The notes: generated from the letters alone by a model not told the origin. Shown: positions 1 through 10,341, numbered from the stretch's first letter. The stretch: DNA of 27,633 nt from a candidate division WOR-3 bacterium (GCA_965649055.1 CBFGJG010000026.1:1-27633); one strand, 5' to 3'. Numbers and translations: made by a program.

Positions 1-3000
1 TTTCTTGAAAATGTATATGATGAATAGATAGATGATATAGGTTCACAACCCAATGGTTTGCAACCCTCAACCCATATAAATCTTGTGATAGAATTCTCTC
101 GTGTTGCATAAAGATATTTTACTTCACCATTTTCTGGGTATATATCTTTTATTATTGTATCTTTTCCTATCTTATAAAATCTTAAAAAATCACCCTTTCC
201 ATCCCATATTATATTTGTACTCCCTTTTCCATCATAAACAATTGATGGAGAGAGAAGGGTTGGAACTATTGAATCATAGAATACTAATTTAGGAACTTCA
301 ATTGTCTCCGGTTTTATCTCTATAAAATCTGTGTACAGTAAATCAAAATTAGATGGATTTGAAAGAGGGAATTTACCTACTATTAAAAGTTTACCAAACC
401 ATAATTTTATAATAGGTATATATTCTCCTGGTAGTGTATGATATGTTGGTCCGTATTTTGATTCAAATACAAAATATCCTGTATCAGACTCAGTGAATAA
501 AGATGGTGCACCTATTCCCCAGAAGTATGAACCTATATTTGTATGTGGAACAGCATAATTTGTCCAACCACCTCCTATCATGGATGAATATCTTATTTCT
601 TCAATTGCTGTTGTATCATTATAGGACCATATTGAATATAACTTATTTAAATATAAACATAATGCAGGATTTTTACCAAAACCTAAAAAATATAAAGTTG
701 AATCATTAAGATTATAATTATAAACAGAATCATTCCTTGAAAATACTAAATTCAAATTCCTAAGATTATCTAATGTTAATCTATCAGTATTATTGGGTGG
801 AATATCTTCTTCCTTAAAATTAAACGCAATTGGTTCCGGTGGTACTGTAGATGGATTTGGGATTTTTTCAATCTGGACAGCACATTTTGATGAATTTAAT
901 GTTGAAATAAAACAAACATCTAATGAATCAGAAATTGAAGTTGGGAGAATAAATCCTTGTATAAATTTATTCCCTAATGATGAAACTTTATAAGTATTAT
1001 ATTTTAAAGAATAACTTTCAAGGTTATATATTTGATGAACATATCCTTCACCATTATAATCACAATATATATAAAGACTTGTCCAATGTGAATAAAGATA
1101 AGGATTATCGCCAACTTCCCTATATATCCTCTCTTTCCATTCTGTCCCAGTAAATTCCTTTAATGTGATAGTAGGACCAGGTTTTACAAATGAAAGATAT
1201 AATTTGCTATTATGGGAAATTAAAGATGGATTTGACCCAACATCTGATAATATTCTCCCTTCCCAGTAATTATGTATAAATACTTGTTTGTAGCGGTGGT
1301 AAATTTTATCTTCCCACTGGAAAGCAATATGTGGCCCTGTATAATATGGTGTCCCTGTTGAATGATATACCAAAGATGGTGAAAGAGGGGGAAAAGATGG
1401 AGTCCCCTGTGAAGAATACGACCATACTATTTCGCTGTTTCCGTCAGCGTATATTGGATTATTAAAAACAAACGATGTGAAAAGAAGGGATATTGTATAC
1501 ACACCTCCTTTTTCCTTCCTTTCTCTCTTTTCAATTGCAAGATATACCCTGTTTCCTACCATCTGTATAGAAGGTCTATAATATTTAATATCTTCGTCTG
1601 TTGGGAATAAAATTGTTTCACCTGTTATTGTCTCATCATTTATCCTCACATATCTACATTCTTTATTCCCATCGGCAGTAAATATAACTATAACCTCACC
1701 ATTAGGGCAAAGACCGATTGTTGGTTCTTCGCACGAAGTTTCTTGAGCATCTGAATATGCACATATTTTCCTCCATGACTTCCCTTCATCTGATGATTTA
1801 ATAATGTATATCTTATTTCCTGTTGTATATGCCCCAAATATTTTCCCATCACCTCTTCTTATAAACTTTATTCCATTGTTATAAGCAGTTCCAACATCTG
1901 ATGAACTTGAAAGGAATGGAAAAGTCCCTACTTCTATCTCATTTGAAAAATTGCTGTATATTCTTCCTGATGCTGTTTCTTTATAACCTCTTACTTTAAA
2001 ATAGTAAATATTATATTTTGAAACATTATTGTCAATCCAAATTGTTGTATTTGAACCAGTTTCATATATCTTAACATTATTTCTCCATATCTCATATCCA
2101 TCTTCATAATTTGAATTATCTAACCAGGAGAGAGTGATAGAAGAGCAGGGATATATGAAAGATGCGGAAAGATTTGTAGGGGAGAAGAGAAACATTGGTG
2201 TTGTAAAGATATTACTCTCCACTGAAAAATATCCCCCTCCATTTGTTTTTACTATGTAATTGTAAGTTTTTCCCTCAGAAATATTTTCATCATAAAAGTT
2301 ATTTATATCTCTTTCAGTATTTCCAATTGTTACAGGACTATTATTACCTTCCCATCTTAAAACATTATAACCTATTTCAAAATTAGAATTGTCATTCCAT
2401 AGTAATTTTATTTTTTTACCTTCAATATTTCCGGTTAAATTAGTAGGTGGATTTAATACAACCCTAAATGAATCAATGAATGGAATAAAACTATGATTTT
2501 TTCCAAGATAATCATAATAATTAACGATACCAAAATAAAAATTTCCACCCCTTTGAGGTGATATTGAAATATTAAATACGATGAAATTTCCATTTTTTAT
2601 TTCTGCCTTCAAAAAATCAGAATAAGGGTTATAAAAAGTGCAATATGATGTTGAGAGTGGAGAATAAAGTCCAAAAAATTCTAAACTATAATTTTTAGTT
2701 GTATTTATGTCTTCAATTTCTGGTCTTTGATATATCATCCAATTTTTATAAGAAGATATTTGGGGAGAAGTCCATAATAGTGTTGCAGGGTCTCCAAGAA
2801 GATTATAAGATACATTCATAGATCGAGCATCATTAGAATCAGGGGGTGTTAAATGCATATAATAATCCCATAAAAGTTTTTTCCCGTATTGAATCATTTT
2901 ACCAATACTATAATTCTTATAATCCAGAAAACTTGATACTAATTTTAAAGCAAAAGAATCATTATAAATATCTGCTGTTCCAAACGTAGCACCTAAGAAT

Positions 3001-3870
3001 CCTATTGCACCCCCTCTTTTCTTTTTTAAGAATGTTTCACCTAAACAGTCATTTGGATAATGATAACTACCTGTGAAACAAGTAGTGCTTATAATGAAAA
3101 AAGGTCTGTTATTCGTTGGAAGGTTATTTATTTCCGAATTGCTAATATAACAATTGTCGCAAGGTTGACTATTTAAATCAAAGCTTTTCCAACGATCATA
3201 TAATCCATGACCTCTATACAAGAACATAAATCCACCTTCGCCTATGCTGTTTTAAAATTTCTGGAACATTTGCTGTATGCCAATTTAGTGTATCACAACG
3301 AATATAGCGAAGACTGTGATAAGTTGTATCCGATGTTTTAAATTTATAAAGATAAGTATTTATTGTGTTTTTTCTAATAATCTGTTGGTCATATCTATCT
3401 CCAATTTGACAGGTTGCTACACCTATTATTTTACTTGACCAACCATCAGTTAGTGGAGTAAATTCATAGTTCCATAATTTTTCTATGATGTTATCAAGGG
3501 TATTATATGCATTAAGATGTACAGAAAGCCTTCCAATACTTATATTTGTATCAGGTGCTGAGAATTCATCAGGTAATATATAAAATTGGTCAGAGTATCT
3601 ATACCCTAAAGTTTCACCAGGAATAATTTCAACATCTCCAATCAGTGTAATATAAATTGGTTTTGTCCATTCTGGTATATGATTAAATATATAACCTTTT
3701 ATCTCTTCAGGGGAATTAGAACCAATATCCGATAATTTGATTATCTTGACATCATAACCCTCAATTGTTCTCAGTACTTTCAATTTGTAAGTTCTATCAA
3801 AGTAAGCATCTGGCACAATAAACACTGATGTGCCTCTAAATCCCATAGAAAAAATTAAAAACAATATCAT
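1..3870 (-). pseudogene. Large secreted peptidase C25 (gingipain-like) multidomain protein (C25 domain, 2x fibronectin type III, Asp-box/beta-propeller regions); split by a 1-nt frameshift at 3250-3253; 3' end runs off the window
   Basis: The 5' part (track ORF 3214..3882; likely ATG 3870 after a GGAG SD) has the C25 N-terminal motifs PEEIKGYI, YITLIGDVEIIP, YSDQFY and ISIGRLSV. Removing one A from GAA ATT TTA AAA CAG C gives EILNSIGEGGFMFLYRGHG (catalytic His, 3207-3209), IISTTCFTG (Cys), CLGETFLKKKRGGAIGFLGAT and YNLLGDP. Next come FN3 repeats (PPTNLTG..LLWNDNSNFEIGYNVLR; SPTNLSA..LSWLDNSNYEDGYEIWR) and the Asp-box KSSDEGKSW. The segments I translated have no stop and the track lists no closed minus-strand ORF here, so the frame appears open to position 1. 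The break may be a real lesion or an assembly error. Confidence 0.85.
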
Positions 3871-3872
3871 TT

Positions 3873-4868
3873 TTATCTCCAATTTTCTACATTTATCTTA
3901 ATTATAATATTTGTATCAGGACGACCTATCCAACACCATTTTTCTGTAAAGAATATGCTGCTGGTATATAAGGGCTTATCAATCTCATGTATAGTCCATT
4001 CGGAGCCATTCCAGTGAAGAAGATCCAAAATATTCCCTTCTCCAATATATATCCATCCATTATTTTCAATCAAAAATTGAATACCAATCCCAGTATAATG
4101 GATAAAAAGATACGGTTCCCATTTTCCATTTATATATCTATAAATGTGTCCAGGATATGGATAATTCCCTCTCATCCCAACACCCCATCCTTCATCAGGC
4201 GTTGCAAATGCTATCTCCCAGAGAAATCTTGAATAAAAAAGCCCTATCGTATCACAGGGGATTGTATCAATATCAATTATTCCATTTTTATAATGTATAG
4301 CCACAGGTATTTGAATACACGTATCTCCTACACCATACCCTTCAGAATTTGATATCCAGACCTCGTCTTCCCTTACAGGTTCAATATAATATAGATAGCG
4401 ATATTGTGGTGGAAATACTGCTATTGTATCCCATTCATTATTCTTAAAATGAAGGAGCATATCACAATTTACAATGCACCAACCTTCATCATTATTATAA
4501 AACTTTAATATACAATCCTTGTTGCAACGATATGTCTTTCCCCATAAAGAATTCTGGTATAAATAAATATTTTTGTCATTATCCCAACAATAAAAAAGAC
4601 CAGTTTTAGTATTAATATCTATACCCACTATTGAGATAGAGGTGTCATTGAAAGGCTGGAATATATGCCAGTCAGAACCACCATTATTTGTCCAATAAAC
4701 TTTCTCATTGCATAAAATCCAACCTTCTTCATCATTTAAAAATTTTATTCTTGAAACCTTTTCAGGTGTAGAAATAATCTCTTTTTCATAATAAGGATGG
4801 AATAGTCCTTCTTTTTCTTTATTGCAAGATAAAATAAGCAAGATTAAAAATATTAAAATCCTTTTCAT
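3873..4868 (-). CDS. Lipoprotein with WD40/YVTN/BNR-like (YCF48-related) beta-propeller repeats
   Basis: N-terminus MKRILIFLILLILSC is a lipobox. Repeated F-x3-4-EGW units (FLNDEEGW, FYNNDEGW, FATPDEGW) and a TNNGGSDW Asp-box-like motif. Confidence 0.75.
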   Translation of the reverse strand: MKRILIFLILLILSCNKEKEGLFHPYYEKEIISTPEKVSRIKFLNDEEGWILCNEKVYWTNNGGSDWHIFQPFNDTSISIVGIDINTKTGLFYCWDNDKNIYLYQNSLWGKTYRCNKDCILKFYNNDEGWCIVNCDMLLHFKNNEWDTIAVFPPQYRYLYYIEPVREDEVWISNSEGYGVGDTCIQIPVAIHYKNGIIDIDTIPCDTIGLFYSRFLWEIAFATPDEGWGVGMRGNYPYPGHIYRYINGKWEPYLFIHYTGIGIQFLIENNGWIYIGEGNILDLLHWNGSEWTIHEIDKPLYTSSIFFTEKWCWIGRPDTNIIIKINVENWR

Positions 4869-5869
4869 CTTTTCTCTTCCCTTATTTCTCTTATTACCAT
4901 CTCCCTATCACTTTCACCTTTATATTTATACCAATCTCCTTCAAGTTCAACTGGTATCCCAAAAACCAATATCCCTGCCATTCCACAAAGCCATATATTA
5001 TTTATGTCCAACCAGGATATACCATAAAAAGTTGACTTAAAACGCACATCCCTCCAACCATCCCTATACTGGAAAATTCTATCACCAACTACAATCCCAT
5101 CGTGCTTTGAAATAAATTTTATGTTCCACAAAGGGGTATCAAGGCTATCTAAAAATTTCCATCCATCTTCAAATTTCATCACTACACCATCCCAATCGAC
5201 ACCCCATCCATTGTTTGGAGAAATAAAAGATGTGTTATATATACTGAAACCATAAGGAACAACAAATTTCTCCCATTTTCCTTTATAACATCTTATTGAA
5301 ACTGGGTTTGAATAAGTCCCACCAGTTATCCAGATACAATCTTTACTCACAAGATTTACACACCATAATCCATATCCTTCTCCTATGATCTCTACTTCGT
5401 TCCATTTACCATTTTCATATTTTAATATATATGGATTACACCACTGTTTAAACCAATACTTTCTTCCAACTGCCCAGCCATAGTCTTTTGAAATAAATTC
5501 CATATCTTCTATAACAAAGTCACCTTCAAAAATTTTTCTCCATATAATTCCATCGTAATTAATTAATAGTCCTGTTCCTCCTGCCCACACATCATTCGTG
5601 TCTAATGCCCATACGGTTGATAGATATGTTTCACTTGAACCTATTGGGAATAAAGATTCAACATCCATTTTCCATATACCATCCTTCATCTTTAATATAA
5701 CCCCGTCATCGCCTACTGCATATCCATTCAATGAATCTATAATTGATATGTCATATAAATCGTTTTGAGTAATCCCACCAATAAATGCCCATTCATACCA
5801 TAAAGGAAGGTGTTCTTTTGAACAAGAGATAATTGTTATAATCAAAAAAAACTTAAATAACAATTTCAT
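4865..5869 (-). CDS. Lipoprotein with WD40/YVTN/BNR-like beta-propeller repeats
   Basis: Likely start ATG 5869 (MKLLFKFFLIITIISC, lipobox). Repeats such as LYDISIIDSLNGYAVGDDGVILK, VWALDTNDVWAGG and FISKDYGWAVG. ATGA overlap with the next gene. Confidence 0.75.
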   Translation of the reverse strand: MKLLFKFFLIITIISCSKEHLPLWYEWAFIGGITQNDLYDISIIDSLNGYAVGDDGVILKMKDGIWKMDVESLFPIGSSETYLSTVWALDTNDVWAGGTGLLINYDGIIWRKIFEGDFVIEDMEFISKDYGWAVGRKYWFKQWCNPYILKYENGKWNEVEIIGEGYGLWCVNLVSKDCIWITGGTYSNPVSIRCYKGKWEKFVVPYGFSIYNTSFISPNNGWGVDWDGVVMKFEDGWKFLDSLDTPLWNIKFISKHDGIVVGDRIFQYRDGWRDVRFKSTFYGISWLDINNIWLCGMAGILVFGIPVELEGDWYKYKGESDREMVIREIREEKR

Positions 5870-5879
5870 TTTAATATAA

Positions 5880-7097
5880 TCAATATATAAATGTTGCTTT
5901 TTCTTCAAGCAATGAATCTTTAATGTTTTCAACGAATATCCTTTTTCTCAGGAACCTGTTTAAACCACTCACATTTACAATTCTTCCAATTATTGCTGCT
6001 CCTCTTATCCTTCCGTTCTCAATGATTATCCTCTGGTTTATACTTCTTTTTGGGTCCTTCTGTGAAACAACAACGAAACCTTTTTTCACAGTTTTTACAT
6101 CACCCATAACGATACAGGATACACCTTCAAAATCAAGTGAATTCATCCTGTGTGCACCAGGGTATGGCTTTTTAAATCCTGCCATATTCATACCTGCAAA
6201 ATGTCCCTGTTCAGAGGCCCTTGGCCAGACTGCGACAGTATTACTTCCACCTGTTAATATATCATAAGATTCAGCAATATCACCAGCAGCATATATGTTT
6301 GGAATAGATGTTTCAAGATACTGATTAACTATTATCCCGACATTAACCCTGATTTTTTTAGGGTCTATAAAATCAAGATTAGGTTCAACACCTTTACCAA
6401 TAATCACAAGTTCACAGGGTAGTTTTTCACCAGTGTTTAGATTTGCAAATCGAACTCTTCCGTCACCTTCAAATGAAACAACATCCGTTCTAAGCCTCAA
6501 TTCAACTGCTGATTTATAAAGTTTTTCTTCAAGGATTTTTGCTGAATCAGGGTCAACTACCTGGCTCATAACCTGTGCTGATGCAACGAGTAATTTTACA
6601 TTCAGACCACGATTGGCAAGTGAAAGGCATGCTTTAAGACCAAGTGGACCACCACCTAAAACAAGGGCATTCTTCACATTTGGTATATCTTCAGCAATTT
6701 TTTCAACATACGACAGGCTTGTAAGAAAATATATACCCTTTAAATCAGCACCTTCAACATCGTGTTTTCTTGGTTTTCCACCTGTTGCTATAAGCAATTT
6801 ATCATATGGAATCCTTCTCCCGCTTCTTAAGATTATAAGAGATTTTTCAGGTTCGATCTCAACCATACCATCACCGAGTATCGGAATAACATTATGAGAT
6901 GAATAAAAGTCTTTACTTCTAAAGAAAACCCCATCAAAAGGAATATGACCACCAATGTAATGAGGCATGACAGGCTTTGAATATGGCATATAATTTTCAT
7001 CAGTTACATTTATAATATCACCTGTCTGATCTATTTTTCTAATTGCCTCAATTGCATTAATTCCAGCAGGACCATTACCAACGATTACATATCTCAT
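5880..7097 (-). CDS. FAD-dependent pyridine nucleotide-disulfide oxidoreductase (NirB N-terminal / rubredoxin-reductase-like), paralog 2
   Basis: FAD motif VIVGNGPAG, plus YDKLLIATGG, second Rossmann motif VLGGGPLG and TSIPNIYAAGD. Confidence 0.9.
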   Translation of the reverse strand: MRYVIVGNGPAGINAIEAIRKIDQTGDIINVTDENYMPYSKPVMPHYIGGHIPFDGVFFRSKDFYSSHNVIPILGDGMVEIEPEKSLIILRSGRRIPYDKLLIATGGKPRKHDVEGADLKGIYFLTSLSYVEKIAEDIPNVKNALVLGGGPLGLKACLSLANRGLNVKLLVASAQVMSQVVDPDSAKILEEKLYKSAVELRLRTDVVSFEGDGRVRFANLNTGEKLPCELVIIGKGVEPNLDFIDPKKIRVNVGIIVNQYLETSIPNIYAAGDIAESYDILTGGSNTVAVWPRASEQGHFAGMNMAGFKKPYPGAHRMNSLDFEGVSCIVMGDVKTVKKGFVVVSQKDPKRSINQRIIIENGRIRGAAIIGRIVNVSGLNRFLRKRIFVENIKDSLLEEKATFIY

Positions 7098-7109
7098 TTT
7101 TCACCCCTT

Positions 7110-8333
7110 TTAAAGTGCAAAGATAAATTTTTCTTCAAGTAAATTTTCCCTGAAAACACCAACATCGACCCTTTTTCTCAATAACCTGTTTAGTGCACTC
7201 ACATTAACAAATCTCCCAACAGTTATCGCCCCTCTTATTTTATCATTCTCAAGGATTATCTTGGTATATTTGAAGTCTTCCGGGGTTTCCTTAACAAGTA
7301 TTTCAAAATTCGGTTTTTCAGTCTTCACATCACCCATAGATATGCAACTGACACCGAAGAATGAAACAGAATTCATTCCGTATCCACCAATGTATTCTTT
7401 CTCAAATCCTATCATATTCATACCGGCAGTGTATCCTTGCTCGGAAGCCCTTGGCCATACTGCGTGAACATTGCTTTGGCCAGTTATAGCATCCTTTGAT
7501 TCAGTAACATCACCTGCAGCAAAAACATCAGGAATAGTTGTTCTCATATAGTTATCAACAATAAGACCAATATTTACCCTTGCATCTGTTCCTTTCAAGA
7601 AATCAATATTTGGTGCAAGACCGACTGCTTCTATAACCATCTGACAGGGGATTAATTCATCATTGGATAATTTCACACCTATTATCTTTCCATTTTCATC
7701 CCTTATGACTTCCCTTGCAGAAGTTGATAATTTAAATCTTACACCATTTGATTCAAGTGCCATCTGTAATATCTCTGAAGCCCTTTTATCAGATGCAAAA
7801 GGCATAATATAATCAAGAAGTTCAACAACAGTTACCTCAAGGCCTCTTAACTTTAATGCTTCTGCAGCCTTAAGACCTATTAATCCAGAACCTATTATAC
7901 ATACGGATTTAACATCTTTCACATAATTAAGAATTTTCTTCGCATCGTCATAGGTTAGGAAATTGAACACGCCTTCACCATCAATACCAGGAATTGGAAG
8001 TTTTACGGGTTTCCTTCCGGTTGCTATAAGTAATTTATCATAGTTGAATCTCTTTCCATTCTCACAATAAACAATCTTCTTTTCTGGATCAACAAAGACA
8101 ACAGGACTGCCAAGATGCGCTTCAACATTATAGTCTTTATAAAATGTCTTGGGTCTTATTCCAAGTCTGTCTTCTGTTATTTTTCTTGCTACAAGGTATG
8201 ATAAGAGCGGTCTTGAATAAGGTTCGTATGGTTCTTCTGATATATTATAAAGCTGTGCATCGCTTCCTGCTCTTCGAATTGCTTCAATAGCATTTAAACC
8301 CGCAGTGCTATTACCTACTATTACTATTTTCAT
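7110..8333 (-). CDS. FAD-dependent pyridine nucleotide-disulfide oxidoreductase (NirB N-terminal / rubredoxin-reductase-like), paralog 1
   Basis: Motifs IVIVGNSTAG, YSRPLL, YDKLLIATG, NADH motif IIGSGLIG...VTVVE and TTIPDVFAAGD. AGGAGG SD upstream. Confidence 0.9.
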   Translation of the reverse strand: MKIVIVGNSTAGLNAIEAIRRAGSDAQLYNISEEPYEPYSRPLLSYLVARKITEDRLGIRPKTFYKDYNVEAHLGSPVVFVDPEKKIVYCENGKRFNYDKLLIATGRKPVKLPIPGIDGEGVFNFLTYDDAKKILNYVKDVKSVCIIGSGLIGLKAAEALKLRGLEVTVVELLDYIMPFASDKRASEILQMALESNGVRFKLSTSAREVIRDENGKIIGVKLSNDELIPCQMVIEAVGLAPNIDFLKGTDARVNIGLIVDNYMRTTIPDVFAAGDVTESKDAITGQSNVHAVWPRASEQGYTAGMNMIGFEKEYIGGYGMNSVSFFGVSCISMGDVKTEKPNFEILVKETPEDFKYTKIILENDKIRGAITVGRFVNVSALNRLLRKRVDVGVFRENLLEEKFIFAL

Positions 8334-8355
8334 AAAAGCCTCCTGATTTAAGTAT

Positions 8356-8383
8356 AAGATAAAAAATAGTAGATAAAAGTCAA
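8356..8383 (-). promoter_or_regulatory. Putative sigma70 promoter for the oxidoreductase/lipoprotein/protease operon
   Basis: Minus-strand TTGACT-N16-TATCTT just upstream of the AGGAGG SD of the ATG at 8333. Confidence 0.5.
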
Positions 8384-8770
8384 GTATAAAATGAAAAAAT
8401 TTTTATGTAAAAAGATTCTTAAATTATTGTTATAAGTGAATATCAAATAATGTATTAGAACATTGAAGACATATTAAGAGAATAAATTTTGTTATTGAAA
8501 ATTAAAAATATTGAAAAAATTACATCTTTGAAGATTTTACTTATTACAATTTCTGCTGGAATAATTTTATATAGAGATTAAGGATATTTGTTTGTTTATG
8601 ATTGATTTCTTGTTTTTTTACACATGAATGTTTTCCAATTCCAATATTCAAAGAAACAGAGCCTTCTATAATATGATTTATCAGGCTTTCATATGAATAT
8701 ATTTAAAAAGTTAAAAGAAATCAGGAAAGTAAAAAATCTTTAAAATTTTCAAAAACTATTCATTTTACTC

Positions 8771-8803
8771 TTGACAATTTTTAAAAAATTTTCAATATAT
8801 AAA
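8771..8803 (+). promoter_or_regulatory. Putative sigma70 promoter for the tRNA-pdaD-speB-rpsT unit
   Basis: Perfect TTGACA at 8771-8776, then an AT-rich -10 region (CAATATATAAA) just before the tRNA. The exact -10 register is uncertain. Confidence 0.5.
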
Positions 8804-8809
8804 CATTGA

Positions 8810-8884
8810 GGCGCCATCGTCTAGTCTGGTCCAGGACACCTGGTTCTCAGCCAGGAGACCGGGGTTCAAATCCCCGCGGCGCTA
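8810..8884 (+). tRNA. tRNA-Glu (anticodon CTC)
   Basis: Cloverleaf with acceptor GGCGCCA/CGGCGCT-A, anticodon arm CCTGG-TTCTCAG-CCAGG and T arm CGGGG-TTCAAAT-CCCCG. CCA is not encoded. Confidence 0.95.
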
Positions 8885-8893
8885 TTTATTAAC

Positions 8894-8965
8894 TGGGGAG
8901 TCGTCCAACTGGCAGGACATTGGACTCTGGATCCAAGAATTGGGGTTCGAATCCCTACTCCCCAG
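8894..8965 (+). tRNA. tRNA-Gln (anticodon CTG)
   Basis: Cloverleaf with acceptor TGGGGAG/CTCCCCA-G, anticodon arm TTGGA-CTCTGGA-TCCAA and T arm TGGGG-TTCGAAT-CCCTA. CCA is not encoded. Confidence 0.95.
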
Positions 8966-8986
8966 TTTTTTTAAAAGAAGGAGAAT

Positions 8987-9532
8987 ATGCTTGTACCGAG
9001 ATTTGTTTTTTTAACAAATGGTGTTGGTATACATAAAGAAAAACTTGCATCTTTAGAAGATGCATTAAGGGCGTGTGAGATAGCAGGTTTTAATCTTGTT
9101 AAGGTTTCAAGCATCTTCCCACCAAGATGTAAACTTATTTCTAAAGAAGAAGGGATAAAGATGCTACAGAAAGGACAGATTGTTTTTACAGTTATGTCGG
9201 AAAACTCAACAAACGAACCTGAGAGATTAATCACTGCATCTGTTGGTCTTGCAATACCAAATGACCCCGAACAGTATGGTTATCTTTCAGAACATCATGC
9301 ATTTGGTATGTCTGCTGAAAAAGCCGGTGAGTATGCAGAAGATTTAGCTGCAAGCATGCTTGCAACAACACTTGGGGTTGAATTCGATCCAAATGCAAAC
9401 TATGATGAAAAAAAAGAGATATGGAGGATAAGCGGTAAGATTTATTCCACAACGAATATAACAGCAGTTGCAAGAGGAAATCTTAATGGGTTCTGGACAA
9501 CTGTCGTTGCCGCTGCTGTGTTTATTCTATGA
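8987..9532 (+). CDS. pdaD: Pyruvoyl-dependent arginine decarboxylase
   Basis: IAGFNLVKVSSIFPP contains the Ser-Ser autocleavage/pyruvoyl site. Also GYLSEHH, AEDLAASMLATTLG and WTTVVAAAVF. AAGGAG SD. Confidence 0.93.
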   Translation: MLVPRFVFLTNGVGIHKEKLASLEDALRACEIAGFNLVKVSSIFPPRCKLISKEEGIKMLQKGQIVFTVMSENSTNEPERLITASVGLAIPNDPEQYGYLSEHHAFGMSAEKAGEYAEDLAASMLATTLGVEFDPNANYDEKKEIWRISGKIYSTTNITAVARGNLNGFWTTVVAAAVFIL

Positions 9533-10341
9533 AGACATTTTTAAATCTATTTCCGGAATACAATAAAGCTAAATATGTTTTAATCCCGGCTCCTTATGAT
9601 AGCACGACATCGTTAATACCTGGAACAAGATTTGGTCCTGAAGCAATAATTTCAATATCATCCGGTCTCGAAGAATATGATATTGATTATGGAATTTTTA
9701 TCCCAGATATTTTTACTGAAAGAGAGGAAGAACTGCCAGCTGACCCATATAAAATGATAGAGATAATAAAAGACAGGGTAAAAAAAGTATTACAGGATAA
9801 AAAGATACCAGTAGTTCTTGGTGGTGAACATACAGTAACCTTTGGTTCAATAATTTCATTCCTTGATTTTTACAAGGATATAACAGTTGTTTCATTTGAT
9901 GCACATTTTGATTTAAGGGATGAATATTGTGGTTATAAACTTTCGCATGCAACTGTTATGAGAAGGATTATTGAAAAAGTTCCTGTTGCTTTTATAGGTC
10001 AAAGGGTATGTTCAAAGGAAGAAAATGATTTTTTAAAAGTCTGTAATAACTATATTAAGAATTTTAGAGATATAAAGAATAAAAACATTTATATAAGTTT
10101 TGACCTTGATGCATTTGACCCATCTGTTTGTCCATCTGTTGGAAATCCAGAAATGGATGGACTTAAGTGGAAGGAGACAATAGAGATAATTGAGTTTTTG
10201 GCTAAAGAGAACAATATTATTGGTTTTGATGTTGTTGAGTTGCAGCCTGTAGGTAATCCATCTTATGGAACATACACTGCTGCATCACTTGTAAAGAAAA
10301 TAATTTTAAATATAGAGAGGAGGCTTAATGGCAAATATTAG
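9529..10341 (+). CDS. speB: Agmatinase (ureohydrolase family)
   Basis: Motifs PYDSTTS..PGTRFGP, GGEHTVT, DAHFDLRD, SHAT and FDLDAFDP. Translationally coupled to pdaD. Confidence 0.9.
   Translation: MKTFLNLFPEYNKAKYVLIPAPYDSTTSLIPGTRFGPEAIISISSGLEEYDIDYGIFIPDIFTEREEELPADPYKMIEIIKDRVKKVLQDKKIPVVLGGEHTVTFGSIISFLDFYKDITVVSFDAHFDLRDEYCGYKLSHATVMRRIIEKVPVAFIGQRVCSKEENDFLKVCNNYIKNFRDIKNKNIYISFDLDAFDPSVCPSVGNPEMDGLKWKETIEIIEFLAKENNIIGFDVVELQPVGNPSYGTYTAASLVKKIILNIERRLNGKY

Noticed and set aside
101..993. Short plus-strand ORFs 101..292, 503..709 and 793..993
   Set aside because: They are antisense shadows of the long minus-strand protease frame and have no motifs.
3250..3260. -1 programmed frameshift at the TTTTAAAAC slippery-like site
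   Set aside because: The -1 frame hits TAG within three codons. Only a +1 shift restores the protein.
5844..5851. A8 run in a lipoprotein signal sequence (and A9 at about 12230-12238 in rodA) as phase-variation tracts
   Set aside because: Both genes are in frame, and such runs are expected by chance in this AT-rich sequence.
8390..8760. AT-rich intergenic region with an ISAGIILYRD fragment reminiscent of a NUDIX N-terminus
   Set aside because: Stops follow immediately and there is no NUDIX box, so it cannot be supported as a pseudogene. I saw no clear ncRNA structure.
8810..8965. tRNAs as a genomic-island integration site
   Set aside because: I saw no integrase and no duplicated tRNA 3' end, and housekeeping genes follow directly.
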